A DNA stretch of 63,917 nucleotides, filler included, from Welwitschia mirabilis (lineage: Eukaryota): the NCBI GenBank assembly GCA_051453625.1. It is 10 parts of one record of this genome, joined end to end, with 100 filler letters (N's around TTAATTAATTAA, not from the genome) between each part and the next. Parts side by side here need not be neighbours in the genome. Positions count along the whole stretch, not along the records: positions 62,669 to 63,917 come from JBOZIK010000001.1; 9 more parts are not named here. One strand, written 5' to 3'. Shown here piece after piece: positions 62,669 through 63,917 of this stretch (positions are counted from its first letter, which is position 1; every line of letters starts with the position of its first letter). A program made the translations under genes and the position numbers. A model generated the notes under the pieces. That model did no database searches. It was not told the DNA's origin and saw nothing but the letters and a program-made list of their open reading frames with translations.

Positions 62669-63720
62669 ATTCATGAGGAAAGTTCGATAGAGGACTCTAA
62701 TCCTTCTTCAATCACCTACCATAAATTTATATACTCAAAACTATTAACTACTGATCCGCTAGGTCTTCTGAATTGATTTGTGACAGCATTGCTAGATTTA
62801 AACACATGATTTGTAACCCCTGAAGGATGGAATAAGGGATTAGACCTGGTGACATGAGCATAATATTTTCTATTGACTGTTTGCCAATCTTTCTCTACAT
62901 CATTTTCCTCATTAAGAATTTTAGAATATTGAGGAGTCTCTTAATTATCTTTCTGACTAGTAGCATGAAACTTTTCAATAGATTTATGAGCAATATTCCC
63001 TTTATCCAAATTTTTCTTATTACCTTTGTTGACGTTGGGATCATCTAACTCTTGAGTAGTCTAATTATCGTGATTTGCTTCTTGAGAATTTTTAAGATTT
63101 TCCTTCANNNNNNNNNNTTTTTTGCTAAAAGTCTGTCTGCCTTCATCTTGGCTAAGAGTTTAAGGCAACGAGCCCTAACATGATTTGGTTCTTTGCAATA
63201 ATAGCAATGATTAGGAAAAGTTAGATAAGTAACTTTTTGAAGAATAATTGTTCCATTTACTGTTAAACATATAACCTCTGGCAACGGTCTATTCAAATCA
63301 ACAGAAACACAGATTCTTCTTATAGGATGTGCACAAAGCTTTGAAAAGGTCTCCATTTCACTAACATTTCTAATTTTAGTAGCCAAAATATCGACACGAG
63401 AAAGAAAATTGACTAGAAGATTTGGAAATTCAATCCAAACAGGGATAGTACTTTGATCTACTTTTTCTAGATTAAACCCTTTATGCCAAGGCTGTAAAAT
63501 AAGATAAGTTCCTAAAATATTCCAGACTGGTTGTTCCTTTACTCAATCTGCCATTTCTTTAGTTTTAAAGACAAAGAGAAAGAAACNNNNNNNNNNNNNN
63601 NNNNNNNNNNNNNNNNNNNNNNNNNNNNNNNNNNNNNNNNNNNNNNNNNNNNNNNNNNNNNNNNNNNNNNNNNNNNNNNNNNNNNNTAAAGACAAAGAGA
63701 AAGAAACCTTTAGTCATATT
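62669..63720 (-). mobile_element. L1 LINE ORF1 fragment
   Basis: VWNILGTYLILQPW, IPVWIEFPNL, RICVSVDLNRPLP and CYYCKEPNHVRARC (ORF 63105-63386), the DUF4283 plus zinc-knuckle architecture of plant L1 ORF1. Confidence 0.85.
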
Positions 63721-63917
63721 TGAAAAAATGAGAACTCTAATGACTAAATAAATGCCTTAAAAGCCATCGTAAGTGGTTAATGCTTTTCATGTTTTATGAC
63801 GTTTAACGGACAAACGCCTTAAAAGGGGCAATCGTTTAAGCCAGTTAACGAAACAAACACCTTAAATGGTTAAGCTTAAAACACTTAAAAAATATAGCTG
63901 TGCATGCTACTAAAAGC

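Overview
Repeat-dense, AT-rich and CpG-depleted land-plant nuclear DNA. The host is probably an angiosperm, inferred from Sirevirus/SIRE and Athila-type elements. The assembly is a gappy draft: nine 100-nt scaffold gaps carry an artificial TTAATTAATTAA linker, and many gaps have duplicated flanks. Almost all of the window is nested, decayed transposons: Tork-type and SIRE-type Ty1/copia, Athila- and Tat-like Ty3/gypsy, L1 LINEs, solo LTRs and a complete 313-bp TRIM. Host-gene content is limited to three items: the first coding exon of a CAD1-like cinnamyl alcohol dehydrogenase (minus strand, GC donor, no further exon recognised in the window), a frameshifted CYP94-type P450 pseudogene, and a tRNA-Ser(AGA) pseudogene. 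The most unusual element is a decayed endonuclease-containing Penelope-like retroelement at about 15150-17200. It has RT motifs, a C-terminal GIY-YIG domain and a downstream hammerhead-ribozyme relic, and it is split by a TRIM and a second insertion. This superfamily is not expected in flowering plants. All family assignments come from manual motif recognition; no database searches were run.
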